Of a stretch of DNA of 64,000 nt, positions 46,759 to 55,906 are shown piece after piece. The DNA lies in NCBI GenBank assembly GCA_009773165.1, contig WOUZ01000016.1, forward strand, positions 14,884-78,883. The letters are read 5' to 3'. A model generated the notes under the pieces. That model was not told where the DNA came from. It did no database searches and saw nothing but the letters and a program-made list of their open reading frames with translations. A program made the position numbers and the translations under genes. The stretch's first letter is position 1, and the number at the start of each line of letters is the position of its first letter. The stretch is from Bacteroidota bacterium (lineage in GTDB: Bacteria > Bacteroidota > Bacteroidia > Bacteroidales > F082).

Positions 46759-48192
46759 TTATTTTGCTGTTAAGACAGAGTGTGCCCATGACCATCCCTG
46801 GAATTTTGTCATATCTGCTCCAACTGTATTTGCACCAAGTGCAACTGCTGTTGTGAAGGCATCAGAACCACCTTTGAAGAAGTCGGCGAGTGCAGTACCG
46901 TCAGGGATAGTAGCCTGGAGGTTTGAGAAAACACAAACATATTCAGTTGGGATCTGATCGAAATCCTGACCTGCTTTGATGTCGCGGAAATACACATTCA
47001 TCATATCAACATAAGAGTTTGCATCGTTGTCAACGAGTCCGTCAGCATCCATTGCATACACTGTTCCGTTTTTGATGGTATGTTTTCCAACCATTGTTCC
47101 TTCAGGTCCGTCGAGTTCGAAACATTCGTCACCTGCGTTGGCTACAACGAAATTGTCGAGTGTACCGCTCCATGATTGGTCAGTGTCGATTGCGTCGTCA
47201 CCTGCATTCCAAACGATAGCGTTTTTAACATTTACCGATCCACCAAACCATTCAATACCATCATCCTGGTTGGAAACAACTTCAATATTTTCAATCACTG
47301 TACCTGAACCTACACCACCAAGGGTTAGGCCATTGATCTCGTTACCTTCTCCAATGTTTGCTCCACCGTGACGGATTGAAACATATTTGATAACACCAGA
47401 ATTATCAGCAGCATCAGTACCGCCATATAAACCATTCTGGTCAGAGGCAGGAATACCTTCAATCTGAACTGCCTCAGCATCAGCTGATATTGGGGCTTTT
47501 CCGAGAATAAGAATACCGCCCCACAAACCATTCAAAGAAGGATCAAGGTTAGGACTAGCAATTTGTCCCTGGGTGATCTCATCAGCAATTGATGTAAAGA
47601 TAATTGGATTCGCTGCAGTTCCTTCAGCCATCAATCTTGCACCGCGGGCAATCAACAGGGCAGTTGCATTAGCGCCTGTACCAGCTTCACCTTTAACAAT
47701 AACGCCTGGCTGAATGGTAAGTGTCACGCCACTAACAACAGCTATACGGGTTGTAAGAATATAGGTTTTACCTGTTTCCCATGTAGTGTTGGTAGTAATA
47801 TTACTCTCAACATTGAAAATGAGCTGTTCAGCTTCAACAGTCAAGACTGCTGTTGCATCGTCTGTTTGACTATCATTATCAGTTACTGCAAGTATCACCG
47901 AGGCAGCGCCTGTAGTTGTTGAGGCGGTAAATGTAACTACTATAGTTCCGGATGTTGCACCAGCTGTTCCATTTGTCTTTATAACTACTGTTCCATTGGA
48001 AGCAGTTGCAGCTGCAGATTTGAAACCGGCTTCAGCAGTATATGTGAAGCTTAAGTCAACACTTGCACCAGCCAAAACGTTCTGTGCTGCTGGAGCTGTT
48101 ACTTTAGGGGCTGCTTTTTGTTCTTCATCCTTTTTGCAGGAAGTAAATATTGCCAAGGAGGCAACCATAACAATCATTAGAATCTTTTTCAT
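46759..48192 (-). CDS. surface lipoprotein (Ig-like N-domain, Gly/Asn-rich beta-helix-like C-region), first gene of the TonB-receptor operon
   Basis: 477-aa ORF. Lipobox (AIFTSC). No SusD features. Family not recognised. Confidence 0.7.
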   Translation of the reverse strand: MKKILMIVMVASLAIFTSCKKDEEQKAAPKVTAPAAQNVLAGASVDLSFTYTAEAGFKSAAATASNGTVVIKTNGTAGATSGTIVVTFTASTTTGAASVILAVTDNDSQTDDATAVLTVEAEQLIFNVESNITTNTTWETGKTYILTTRIAVVSGVTLTIQPGVIVKGEAGTGANATALLIARGARLMAEGTAANPIIFTSIADEITQGQIASPNLDPSLNGLWGGILILGKAPISADAEAVQIEGIPASDQNGLYGGTDAADNSGVIKYVSIRHGGANIGEGNEINGLTLGGVGSGTVIENIEVVSNQDDGIEWFGGSVNVKNAIVWNAGDDAIDTDQSWSGTLDNFVVANAGDECFELDGPEGTMVGKHTIKNGTVYAMDADGLVDNDANSYVDMMNVYFRDIKAGQDFDQIPTEYVCVFSNLQATIPDGTALADFFKGGSDAFTTAVALGANTVGADMTKFQGWSWAHSVLTAK

Positions 48193-48412
48193 ACTTATAT
48201 TTTAATTTAGTGAAAAATTCAAGTGCAAAAGTCAATCTTCCTGAGCACATAGCTATTTAAGATGGCTTTATGATAATGTTAAGTTTGTATTAGCTTAGTG
48301 CCGATATGTGTTAATTTAAAGTAAACACTTTTTAAGTTATTGATTTTATGTAATTTAACATTGTCACATATTTAAATTTCAGATGGAAAAATGGTCTCAT
48401 GCCACAAATAAT

Positions 48413-48420
48413 TACCTTTG
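48413..48420 (+). promoter_or_regulatory. Bacteroidota -7 box TACCTTTG
   Basis: TACCTTTGCACC 34 nt upstream of ATG 48455. Confidence 0.45.
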
Positions 48421-48454
48421 CACCTAACAGAAATAAATTGGTCCCTGCTGAATT

Positions 48455-49831
48455 ATGGATGAATATGTAAACGCGCAAGAGCGACTTTTTGCCATCATCG
48501 ATATCGAAACCACAGGCTTAAGCGCAGGTAAGGAAAAGATAACGGAAATTGCTATCCTGATCCATGATGGCAGGCAAGTGAAGGAGGAATTCAGCAGTTT
48601 GATTGATCCTGAGCGTAAAATACCTTACTACATAACACAACTCACCGGCATTAACGATCAGATGGTGACCGGCGCTCCTAAGTTTTATGAGTTAGCACGA
48701 CAAATAGTCGAACTGACAGAAAATGCCACCATCGTTGGGCATAACGTTCAGTTCGATTACAGCTTTCTTAAAGCAGAGTTCCTGAGTCTCGGATACGATT
48801 TTCAGCGAAAAACACTTGATACGGTACGGTTAAGCAGAAAGCTGATTCCGGGACAAACAAGTTACAGCTTGGGTAAACTCTGCAATGCATTGAACATCAG
48901 TAACAATCAACGACACCGGGCACTTGGCGACGCTACTGCTACAGCCCGTCTTTTTGAGTTGCTTCTTGGTATTGATCCACAACTCGATAGTGTGTCACTC
49001 AAAGGTACAGCTGCCAACTTTAACAGGTCGATGGTAGATAAACTACCCGAAAAACACGGCGTATACTACCTATATAACGGCGAAGGTAACCTTATCTATG
49101 TCGGGAAATCCAACAACATAAAAGCCAGGGTTTTGCAGCACCTCAACAACAACACTACCCGAAAAGCGGTTGAAATGAAACAAAATATCATGGAGGTTGA
49201 AAGTGTTATCTGCGGAAATGAATTAATAGCGCTTTTACTCGAGTCTCACGAAATAAAAAAGCATCAGCCAGTTTTCAACCGTGCGCAAAGAAGGTCAAAT
49301 TTTATTTATGGATTGTATCATTATATTGATAACGAAGGTTTTATCCGACTTAAATACAGCAAGATAATTGATGAACTGTCCCCCGACTATGCCTACGCTT
49401 CCGCAATGGAGGCAAAAGAGCATCTGTTTTATCTCACCGAACGTTTTGAACTTTGTCAGCGATTAAACGGACTATATCCGGGGAATGATGCCTGTTTTCA
49501 TCATCAGATAGGACAGTGCAAAGGCGCTTGCTGCGGAAAAGAGGATGCCTTTTCGTATAACCTGCGCGTAGAGGATGCTTTGGAACGTTATCATTTCGAT
49601 CATGAAAATTTCTATGTTTTTGACAAAGGCAGGTCGGATGATGAACTTGCTGTTATAAAAATCGAGAACAGCGTTTACAGAGGCTTTGGATTTATGCCAG
49701 CTGAGAACCTGCAGCAAGACCCTTTTGTGGCAGATGACTTTATTCAGTATTATGCTGATAACAGGGAAGTTCGGCAAATTATTCGCTCCTACCTAAAAAA
49801 GAATAAGGTTTTGAAAGTGTGGGATTTTTAG
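48455..49831 (+). CDS. DEDDh 3'-5' exonuclease (DnaQ-like) fused to a GIY-YIG (UvrC/Cho-like) nuclease domain
   Basis: Exonuclease motifs AIIDIETTGL, VGHNVQFDYSFL, HRALGDA, followed by GIY-YIG GVYYLYNGEGNLIYVGKSNNIKARV. Confidence 0.85.
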   Translation: MDEYVNAQERLFAIIDIETTGLSAGKEKITEIAILIHDGRQVKEEFSSLIDPERKIPYYITQLTGINDQMVTGAPKFYELARQIVELTENATIVGHNVQFDYSFLKAEFLSLGYDFQRKTLDTVRLSRKLIPGQTSYSLGKLCNALNISNNQRHRALGDATATARLFELLLGIDPQLDSVSLKGTAANFNRSMVDKLPEKHGVYYLYNGEGNLIYVGKSNNIKARVLQHLNNNTTRKAVEMKQNIMEVESVICGNELIALLLESHEIKKHQPVFNRAQRRSNFIYGLYHYIDNEGFIRLKYSKIIDELSPDYAYASAMEAKEHLFYLTERFELCQRLNGLYPGNDACFHHQIGQCKGACCGKEDAFSYNLRVEDALERYHFDHENFYVFDKGRSDDELAVIKIENSVYRGFGFMPAENLQQDPFVADDFIQYYADNREVRQIIRSYLKKNKVLKVWDF

Positions 49832-49899
49832 GTTCAAAGTTCAAGAAAGTTCAAAGTTCAAGAAAGTTCAAGGTTCAAGCAAGTTCTATGTTCGAATCT
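49832..49899. repeat. four degenerate 17-bp tandem repeats (GTTCAAAGTTCAAGAAA)
   Basis: Copies at 49832-49848 and 49849-49865 are identical. 49866-49882 and 49883-49899 are diverged. The block starts directly after the stop codon. Confidence 0.85.
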
Positions 49900-49943
49900 G
49901 TTGATTTTTTAACCGCCTTGCTCAGAAGGTTGACACGCGTTAA

Positions 49944-50018
49944 AGACATGCGACCCCGCTGGGGTCGAAGGCTTTAGCTTTTCTGTGATTGTTACAGACA
50001 TGTGACCCCGCTGGGGTC
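49944..50018. repeat. two copies of a REP-like element AGACATG(C/T)GACCCCGCTGGGGTC
   Basis: Copies at 49944-49966 and 49996-50018. Each contains the 6-bp-stem hairpin GACCCC-GCT-GGGGTC. Confidence 0.8.
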
Positions 50019-50030
50019 AATTCAAATCTC

Positions 50031-50118
50031 ACCAACCTCTCAACAAATCAACACATCAACAAATCAACAAATCAACCGCTCAAAGAAGTTGATTTGTTGA
50101 TTTGTTTATTTGTTGATG
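50031..50118. repeat. CAACAAATCAA low-complexity repeat block with its own inverted arm
   Basis: ACCAACCTCTCAACAAATCAACACATCAACAAATCAACAAATCAACC (50031-50077), then GTTGATTTGTTGATTTGTTTATTTGTTGATG (50088-50118). Another CAACAAATCAAC lies at 50174-50186. Confidence 0.85.
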
Positions 50119-50187
50119 CTGGCGCGTTCACGATGATAGCTTTAGCTGTTGGCTAGCTTCAGCTCTAAACGAATCAACAAATCAACC

Positions 50188-51714
50188 CTAAACTTCTAAC
50201 CCACTAAACTCCTCAACCACAAAACCTGACTCAACGTCATGTCCCGTTTCTTCAGTCTTAAGCTTCAGAAGAACTACATTCTCAACGTGATGGGTTTGAG
50301 GAAACATGTCAACAGGTTGAACATCTGTCACTTCATATGCTTCCGATAGCATTGCTATATCGCGGGCCTGAGTTGCAGGATTGCAGCTTACATAAACTAT
50401 TTTTGCAGCCCTGATCTTTAACAATTGTTCAATAACGGAAGGATGCATTCCTGCCCTTGGAGGATCGGTGATGATTACATCAGGATGCCCTTTTTCAAGT
50501 ACCAAAGCATCGGTGAGTACCTTTGCCATATCTCCTGCAACAAAAGTCACATTCGAAATGTCATTCAATGTAGCATTCATTTCAGCATCTTTGACAGCTT
50601 CTGCAACATACTCAATTCCAACTACCTGTCGCACTGCACGTGAAATGTAGAGGGCAATAGTTCCTGTTCCTGTATATAAATCATATACTAACTCATCACC
50701 CTTGAAACCGGCAAAGTCGAATGCAATACGATATAAAAGCTCAGCCTGAAGGGCATTGGTTTGATAAAATGAAACCGGTCCGATGCGGAATTGCAGATCG
50801 GGAGTTCCTTCAACAGGAGATTGCATTCTTCCCATCAGGAAGGACTCACCTTTAAAATGTTTGACCTCAAGGTCGCTGATCTGATCATTTTTCTTTGAAT
50901 TTTCAACATACATCAGAGAACTGATCTCAGAAAATTGTTCAGCAATAAATGGAAGTAACCCTTTTAATATGTGATCATTGGCTTCATAAACAACCAGAAT
51001 CACCATCAGCTGCTGATCTGTTGCTGTGCGTACTATCAAGTTTCTTAACAAGCCTTCATTTGCTCTTGCATCGTAAAAACTAAGGCTGTTGGCAAGCGCA
51101 TAATCTCTGATTGCCAGGCGTATTTTATTCGAAGGCTCTTGCTGCAGGTAACAATGGTCGATATCAAGAATACGATCGAACATGCCCGGTAAATGAAACC
51201 CAAGTGCATTCATATTCTCCTGCATTTCAAATCCTGCGACCGGTTTTGTTGTAAGCCAGCGGCGGTTCGAAAAGGTGTATTCGAGTTTGTTACGGTAATA
51301 ATATTGCTGTGATGAACCTTTAATAGTTCGAATTTCAGGATGTGGAAACTTACCTATCCGTTCGAAATTGTCTTTCACCTGCTGCTGTTTGTATTTTAAC
51401 TGATGTTCATACGCCAGATGCTGCCATTTGCAACCTCCGCACACACCAAAATGACTGCATTCAGGTGTTACACGCTCGGTGGAATAGGAATGTATCTTCA
51501 GGATTTTGCCTTCAAAAAAATTCTTTTTTCGTTTAATCACCTGCAGATCAACTACATCTCCCGGCGCGGCAAAAGGAACAAAAATAACTTTCTGATCCGG
51601 TTTGGCGACGGCCAGCCCTTCAGAACCTGCTCCAATAATTTCAACCTGCTCCATTATCACCACTTCTCTATCCCTTTTTCCACGCATAAATCGATTTTTT
51701 TTGCAAAAATACAT
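50188..51714 (-). CDS. rlmD: 23S rRNA (uracil-5)-methyltransferase RlmD/RumA family
   Basis: TRAM-like N-terminus, Fe-S Cys cluster (CSHFGVCGGCKWQH), SAM motifs DLYTGTGTIAL and DPPRAG, catalytic VSCNP. The true start may be ATG 51687 or 51654. Confidence 0.88.
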   Translation of the reverse strand: MYFCKKNRFMRGKRDREVVIMEQVEIIGAGSEGLAVAKPDQKVIFVPFAAPGDVVDLQVIKRKKNFFEGKILKIHSYSTERVTPECSHFGVCGGCKWQHLAYEHQLKYKQQQVKDNFERIGKFPHPEIRTIKGSSQQYYYRNKLEYTFSNRRWLTTKPVAGFEMQENMNALGFHLPGMFDRILDIDHCYLQQEPSNKIRLAIRDYALANSLSFYDARANEGLLRNLIVRTATDQQLMVILVVYEANDHILKGLLPFIAEQFSEISSLMYVENSKKNDQISDLEVKHFKGESFLMGRMQSPVEGTPDLQFRIGPVSFYQTNALQAELLYRIAFDFAGFKGDELVYDLYTGTGTIALYISRAVRQVVGIEYVAEAVKDAEMNATLNDISNVTFVAGDMAKVLTDALVLEKGHPDVIITDPPRAGMHPSVIEQLLKIRAAKIVYVSCNPATQARDIAMLSEAYEVTDVQPVDMFPQTHHVENVVLLKLKTEETGHDVESGFVVEEFSGLEV

Positions 51715-51732
51715 AAAATGGGTGTAGGGGGT

Positions 51733-51850
51733 GGTTTGTTGATTCGTTGATTTGTTGATTTGTTGAGAGGTGGTTTAGATGGTTTAGAGGTTGAAGGGGT
51801 TTAGGGGCTGTTGATTTGTTGATGCGTTGATGGGGATTTGTTAAAAAATC
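51733..51850. repeat. TTGATTTGTTG / GGTTTAG low-complexity repeat block, inverted relative to 50031-50077
   Basis: GGTTTGTTGATTCGTTGATTTGTTGATTTGTTGAGAGGTGGTTT (51733-51776) is the near reverse complement of 50031-50077. It continues with GGTTTAG repeats and more TTGATTTGTTGATG. Confidence 0.85.
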
Positions 51851-51924
51851 ACAACAAACAGGTGTTTTGATAATGCATCTAAACAAATAGTATGTATCAT
51901 TGTTTCATTAAAAAATTCAAAATC

Positions 51925-52614
51925 ATGAACGTACGAAAAATTACCTTTCTTTTTACCTTAACATTATTTCTTAGCTTAAGTCTTATGGCTCAGGATAAGG
52001 TTAAAACTGAGTTCAACTTTGCTCCCCTGCCTTATGCTTACGATGCATTAGAGCAATCTATTGATAAACAGACAATGGAGATACATTACGACCGTCATCA
52101 CCGTGCTTATTACACCAATTTTGTTAAAGCCATTGCAGGTACCGAAATGGAATATATGACTATGGAACAGATACTTGCCTCGATCAGTAAGTTCCCTATA
52201 TCGGTGCGCAACAACGGCGGCGGGCATTATAACCACGACTTGTTCTGGTCAATACTTTCACCTGCCGGCGGAAATTTAGATGGTTCTTTGGCAGAAGCAA
52301 TTGTGAAAAAATTCGGATCGGTTGACGATTTTAAAAAGCAGTTTGAGCAAGCTGGTGCAACACGTTTTGGAAGCGGTTGGGCATGGCTTAGTGTAGATGA
52401 TAAAGGCGAGCTTTTCATTAGTTCAACGGCAAATCAGGACAATCCTTTGATGGATGTTGTGACTGAAAAAGGCACACCAATTTTGGGCCTTGATGTTTGG
52501 GAACATGCGTATTACCTTCGTTATCAAAACAAACGTGCAAGTTATATGACCGCTTTTTGGAATGTTGTTAACTGGAAAGAAGTCAGCAACCGCTACGAAG
52601 CCGCTGTGAAATAA
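51925..52614 (+). CDS. Fe/Mn superoxide dismutase with N-terminal signal peptide
   Basis: HYDRHH, the GGGHYNH context and DVWEHAYY motifs. N-terminus MNVRKITFLFTLTLFLSLSLMAQD. The ORF track starts 11 codons earlier, at 51892. Confidence 0.9.
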   Translation: MNVRKITFLFTLTLFLSLSLMAQDKVKTEFNFAPLPYAYDALEQSIDKQTMEIHYDRHHRAYYTNFVKAIAGTEMEYMTMEQILASISKFPISVRNNGGGHYNHDLFWSILSPAGGNLDGSLAEAIVKKFGSVDDFKKQFEQAGATRFGSGWAWLSVDDKGELFISSTANQDNPLMDVVTEKGTPILGLDVWEHAYYLRYQNKRASYMTAFWNVVNWKEVSNRYEAAVK

Positions 52615-52637
52615 AAAACTGGTAAAAGACTTTTAAC

Positions 52638-52675
52638 AAAGCCTCCTGCATTTAAAATGCAGGAGGCTTTTTTTA
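52638..52675. terminator. rho-independent terminator shared by convergent genes
   Basis: AAAGCCTCCTGCATT-TAA-AATGCAGGAGGCTTT followed by TTTTT. It abuts the stop codon of the minus-strand kinase gene. Confidence 0.8.
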
Positions 52676-55600
52676 TGCGTTGAAACCATAATCACTCAGT
52701 TTTCTAAAGAGGTCGGTCCTGTTTATTGGTTTTGCAATGTAATCATCACAACCCGCTTCTTTCGCTTTGTATTCATCGCCGCTCATTGCAAAAGCGGTAA
52801 TGGCAATGATTGGGATGGAAGGATATACAGCTTTTATTTCACGCGTTGCCTCAAAACCATCCATCACCGGCATTTTGATATCCATAATGATGAGTTTGAG
52901 CTCAGGGTGATTTTTCGCAATCTGCACCGCTTCTTCACCATTCCAGGCTCTGATAATATGAGCTTTGAAAGCTTTACGCATGATCATTTCGAGCACAACA
53001 TAATTGGAATCTTCGTCTTCGGCTATCATAACGAGTTTTTCGGTTTCCTCAACTGTTTTCTCCACTGCTTTTGCAGATTGCTGTTGAAAAGGAATGGTAA
53101 TTGAAAAAGTTGAACCTAAGCCTTTTGTAGAATCGAGACTCACACTGCCACCTAGCTGAACTGCAATGCCTTTTACAATTGAAAGCCCGAGACCACTTCC
53201 TTCATATCTTCTCGACCTGCTGCTGTCTTCCTGACTAAAGCGTTCGAAAACTTTGCTTTGCATTAGAGCATCAATTCCAATTCCAGTGTCTTTGACAAAG
53301 AAACTGTAATGATCTTTTTCGGTACGATATCCAAAAGTAACGCTTCCTTTTGTTGTAAATTTCACTGCATTGGAAAGCAGATGATTAAGTGCTTTGCCCA
53401 ACATCTCTGCATCTGTTTCTATCTGATGGATGGGTGCTTCAACAGGAAAATCAGTAATAAATTCCAACGATTTATTCTGACATTCAATCCTGAATTTATC
53501 CACAACTTTGTTAAGAATCTTTAGCAATTTGACTACCTCTAGATTCTTTTCCATATTACCTGATGTGAGTAGTGAGATATCCATATAGTCAGTGACTGTT
53601 TGTATCAATCGATCGGTACTGAGATTGACGATATCCAGAAGTTCGGGCATATCTTCTTTTCTCAGGTCGGGTTCATTAAGCAGCATGGTTGCACCCATAA
53701 TGCCGTTTAAGGGGGTCCGCACTTCATGCGATATGTTATTCAGGAACTCAGTTTTAAGTTTATCACTGGCTTCTGCCAATGCTTTTGCTTTTAAAAGAGC
53801 TTCGTTTGCAGCTTTCTTTTCGGTCACATTATAGGCCATCACCATACGGTGGTTCAAGCCTTTCTGCGATGGCAGAGCGTGTGAGCTTACCTCAACATCT
53901 ATTATTGAACCATCTTTCAAAATATGCCTCCACTGACCCGGCCCCTGCTTTGCATCAAGGTTCTGAGTTACATTTTCAAGTAAAGCAGGGATATCCTCAG
54001 GTGGTCGTATATCCATAAGTTTTAGCGAGAGAAATTCGTCACGGGTATAGCCGTAATTTTTAATAGCCGCTTCGTTAACCTCAACAAAACGAAGGCTGTT
54101 TACATCGTAAATCCACATGGGAATGGGGTTGCCTGTGAAAATATTACGGTAAAGTTTTTCATTATCGATTAATTCCTGCTGCAAAAGTTTTTGATTTGTA
54201 ACATCTTCCTTTACAGCAACATAGTGCGTCATTACACCTTCATCATTGATAACGGGACTTATGGAGGCCTGTTCCCAATAGAGTTCACCATTTTTACGTT
54301 TGTTATGAAATTCCCCTTTCCACACTTCACCTCGCTGGATGGTTTCATACATTTGCGAGTACTCTTCTCTTGTTGTTTCACCGGATGTGAGCACCCGTGG
54401 GTTTTGTCCGATGAGTTCGTTTGGTTGGTAACCAGTGGTTTCAACTACTCTCGGATTCACATATTCTATTGTCCCAAACAAGTCGGTAATTACAATGGAT
54501 ACAGGTGATTGCTCAACAGCACGTGTCAATTTCAGGAGTTCATGCTCATATTGTGTGCGTTCGGTGATATCGAGTAATGTTGATAAAAGGTGTATCTCAT
54601 TATTCATCTCATAACGCTCAACGGAGAGCAAAACAACCAGTTGATCTTTTGTGCGGGTTGTAACGAGGACTTCAAACTCTTTGATACTATTATTTTTTTC
54701 AATTTCCTCCAACAAAAGAACTCGCGTTTCCGGTTGTAATAATCCTAACTCAAGTATGCTATTACCAATAAGTTGTTCGCGTTCAAAACCTGTCAGACGG
54801 CAATAGGCATCATTAATATCAACTATAGATGCATCTGCAACCCGTGTGATCGAGATAGCAACAGGACTGGAATAAAATGAGCGCATAAAACGTTCTTCCA
54901 GCTCCTTTCTCACTATTTCATACTGATGTTGTTCTGTAATATCTTCAACAAGACCAACTCCTGCAATGACTTTCTTATAATCATTAAAAATTGGAGCAAA
55001 CTGCACACGCACTTGAGTTTCCTTTTCAGCAGTAAAAGATTTATACAAACCGTCATAGGAGGCTTTCTCACCCTCAAGAGCTTTTTTTAACGTCTCAACA
55101 AGTTTCTGATCAGGAAGCAGCAGCATGTCCAAACCAATTAACTTATCCAGAGTTGATCCAATGATATCTACAAACTGATCATTACAGGCTGTTATTAATC
55201 CCTTTTCAGAAAAGCTAAGCATACCAAGCGGCGAATTCTCGAATACCAACCTGAAGCGCTCTTCACTGCTTTTGAGGGTTTCCTGTGCGGTAATTTTTTC
55301 CTTCATCTCCAGTTGCAGATCCTCCATCAGATTCAGAGCTGCTTTTTGACTTTCTTCCAACTCTTTGATGGCTTTCTGAAGCTTTGCTTCAGCTGCTTTG
55401 CGCTCTTCAAGTTCTTTTTCTAACAAAGAGGTACGTTCTTGTATTAGCTGTTCGAGGCGATTTTTTTCATCAGCTTTGTGATCTTCGGCAAATTTAATAC
55501 GCAACATCGCCATAATCTGTGCTTTAAGCTCTGTTTCGTCAACGGGCTTACTCAAAAAAGCATCAGCACCATTTTCAAGAGCTCTGATACGGGCATCGGT

Positions 55601-55906
55601 ATCTGTACGGGCAGCTGTAATCATCACAACCGGAATATGTTGCGTCTCTTGCTTGCTTTTCAAAATCCGGCACACCTCATACCCATCCATTTGCGGCATG
55701 ATCACGTCAAGCAAAATCACATCGGGCTTCTCTTTTTGGCAAAGTTTTAATCCTTCAGCACCAGACTGTGCCATGAAAAAGTTAGAATTTGGGAAGAATT
55801 CTGACATTAAAGCCTTCAACACCAACAAATTATCGGCAGTGTCGTCAATGGCTAATATTTTAAAAAAGCTATTTTCCATACAATACATTATTGATGGTTT
55901 GTTCAA
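52673..55906 (-). CDS. hybrid sensor histidine kinase: REC - coiled coil - multiple PAS - HisKA - HATPase - REC
   Basis: 1077-aa ORF. N-terminal receiver (ILAIDD...DVILLDVIMPQMDG). H-box NISHEVRTPLNG. G-boxes DTGIGI and GSGLGLSI. C-terminal receiver (MIAEDE...IIMDIKMPVMDG). The likely start is MENSFF at 55879, overlapping the upstream gene by 11 nt. Confidence 0.9.
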   Translation of the reverse strand: MNKPSIMYCMENSFFKILAIDDTADNLLVLKALMSEFFPNSNFFMAQSGAEGLKLCQKEKPDVILLDVIMPQMDGYEVCRILKSKQETQHIPVVMITAARTDTDARIRALENGADAFLSKPVDETELKAQIMAMLRIKFAEDHKADEKNRLEQLIQERTSLLEKELEERKAAEAKLQKAIKELEESQKAALNLMEDLQLEMKEKITAQETLKSSEERFRLVFENSPLGMLSFSEKGLITACNDQFVDIIGSTLDKLIGLDMLLLPDQKLVETLKKALEGEKASYDGLYKSFTAEKETQVRVQFAPIFNDYKKVIAGVGLVEDITEQHQYEIVRKELEERFMRSFYSSPVAISITRVADASIVDINDAYCRLTGFEREQLIGNSILELGLLQPETRVLLLEEIEKNNSIKEFEVLVTTRTKDQLVVLLSVERYEMNNEIHLLSTLLDITERTQYEHELLKLTRAVEQSPVSIVITDLFGTIEYVNPRVVETTGYQPNELIGQNPRVLTSGETTREEYSQMYETIQRGEVWKGEFHNKRKNGELYWEQASISPVINDEGVMTHYVAVKEDVTNQKLLQQELIDNEKLYRNIFTGNPIPMWIYDVNSLRFVEVNEAAIKNYGYTRDEFLSLKLMDIRPPEDIPALLENVTQNLDAKQGPGQWRHILKDGSIIDVEVSSHALPSQKGLNHRMVMAYNVTEKKAANEALLKAKALAEASDKLKTEFLNNISHEVRTPLNGIMGATMLLNEPDLRKEDMPELLDIVNLSTDRLIQTVTDYMDISLLTSGNMEKNLEVVKLLKILNKVVDKFRIECQNKSLEFITDFPVEAPIHQIETDAEMLGKALNHLLSNAVKFTTKGSVTFGYRTEKDHYSFFVKDTGIGIDALMQSKVFERFSQEDSSRSRRYEGSGLGLSIVKGIAVQLGGSVSLDSTKGLGSTFSITIPFQQQSAKAVEKTVEETEKLVMIAEDEDSNYVVLEMIMRKAFKAHIIRAWNGEEAVQIAKNHPELKLIIMDIKMPVMDGFEATREIKAVYPSIPIIAITAFAMSGDEYKAKEAGCDDYIAKPINRTDLFRKLSDYGFNA

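Noticed and set aside
48193-48454. Possible riboswitch (for example cobalamin) upstream of the TonB-receptor operon
   Set aside because: I could find no B12-box-like or other recognisable riboswitch core in either orientation. The region is AT-rich without obvious conserved helices.
50031-50190. Possible CRISPR array suggested by the repeated CAACAAATCAA units
   Set aside because: The units are 11-12 nt, directly abutting or irregularly spaced, with no unique spacers of constant length. There are no cas genes in the window.
51668-51886. 72-aa ORF translating to ...LNHLNHLSTNQQINESTN...
   Set aside because: It is simply a translation of the TTGATTTGTTG/GGTTTAG repeat block upstream of rlmD and has no coding signal beyond the repeat.
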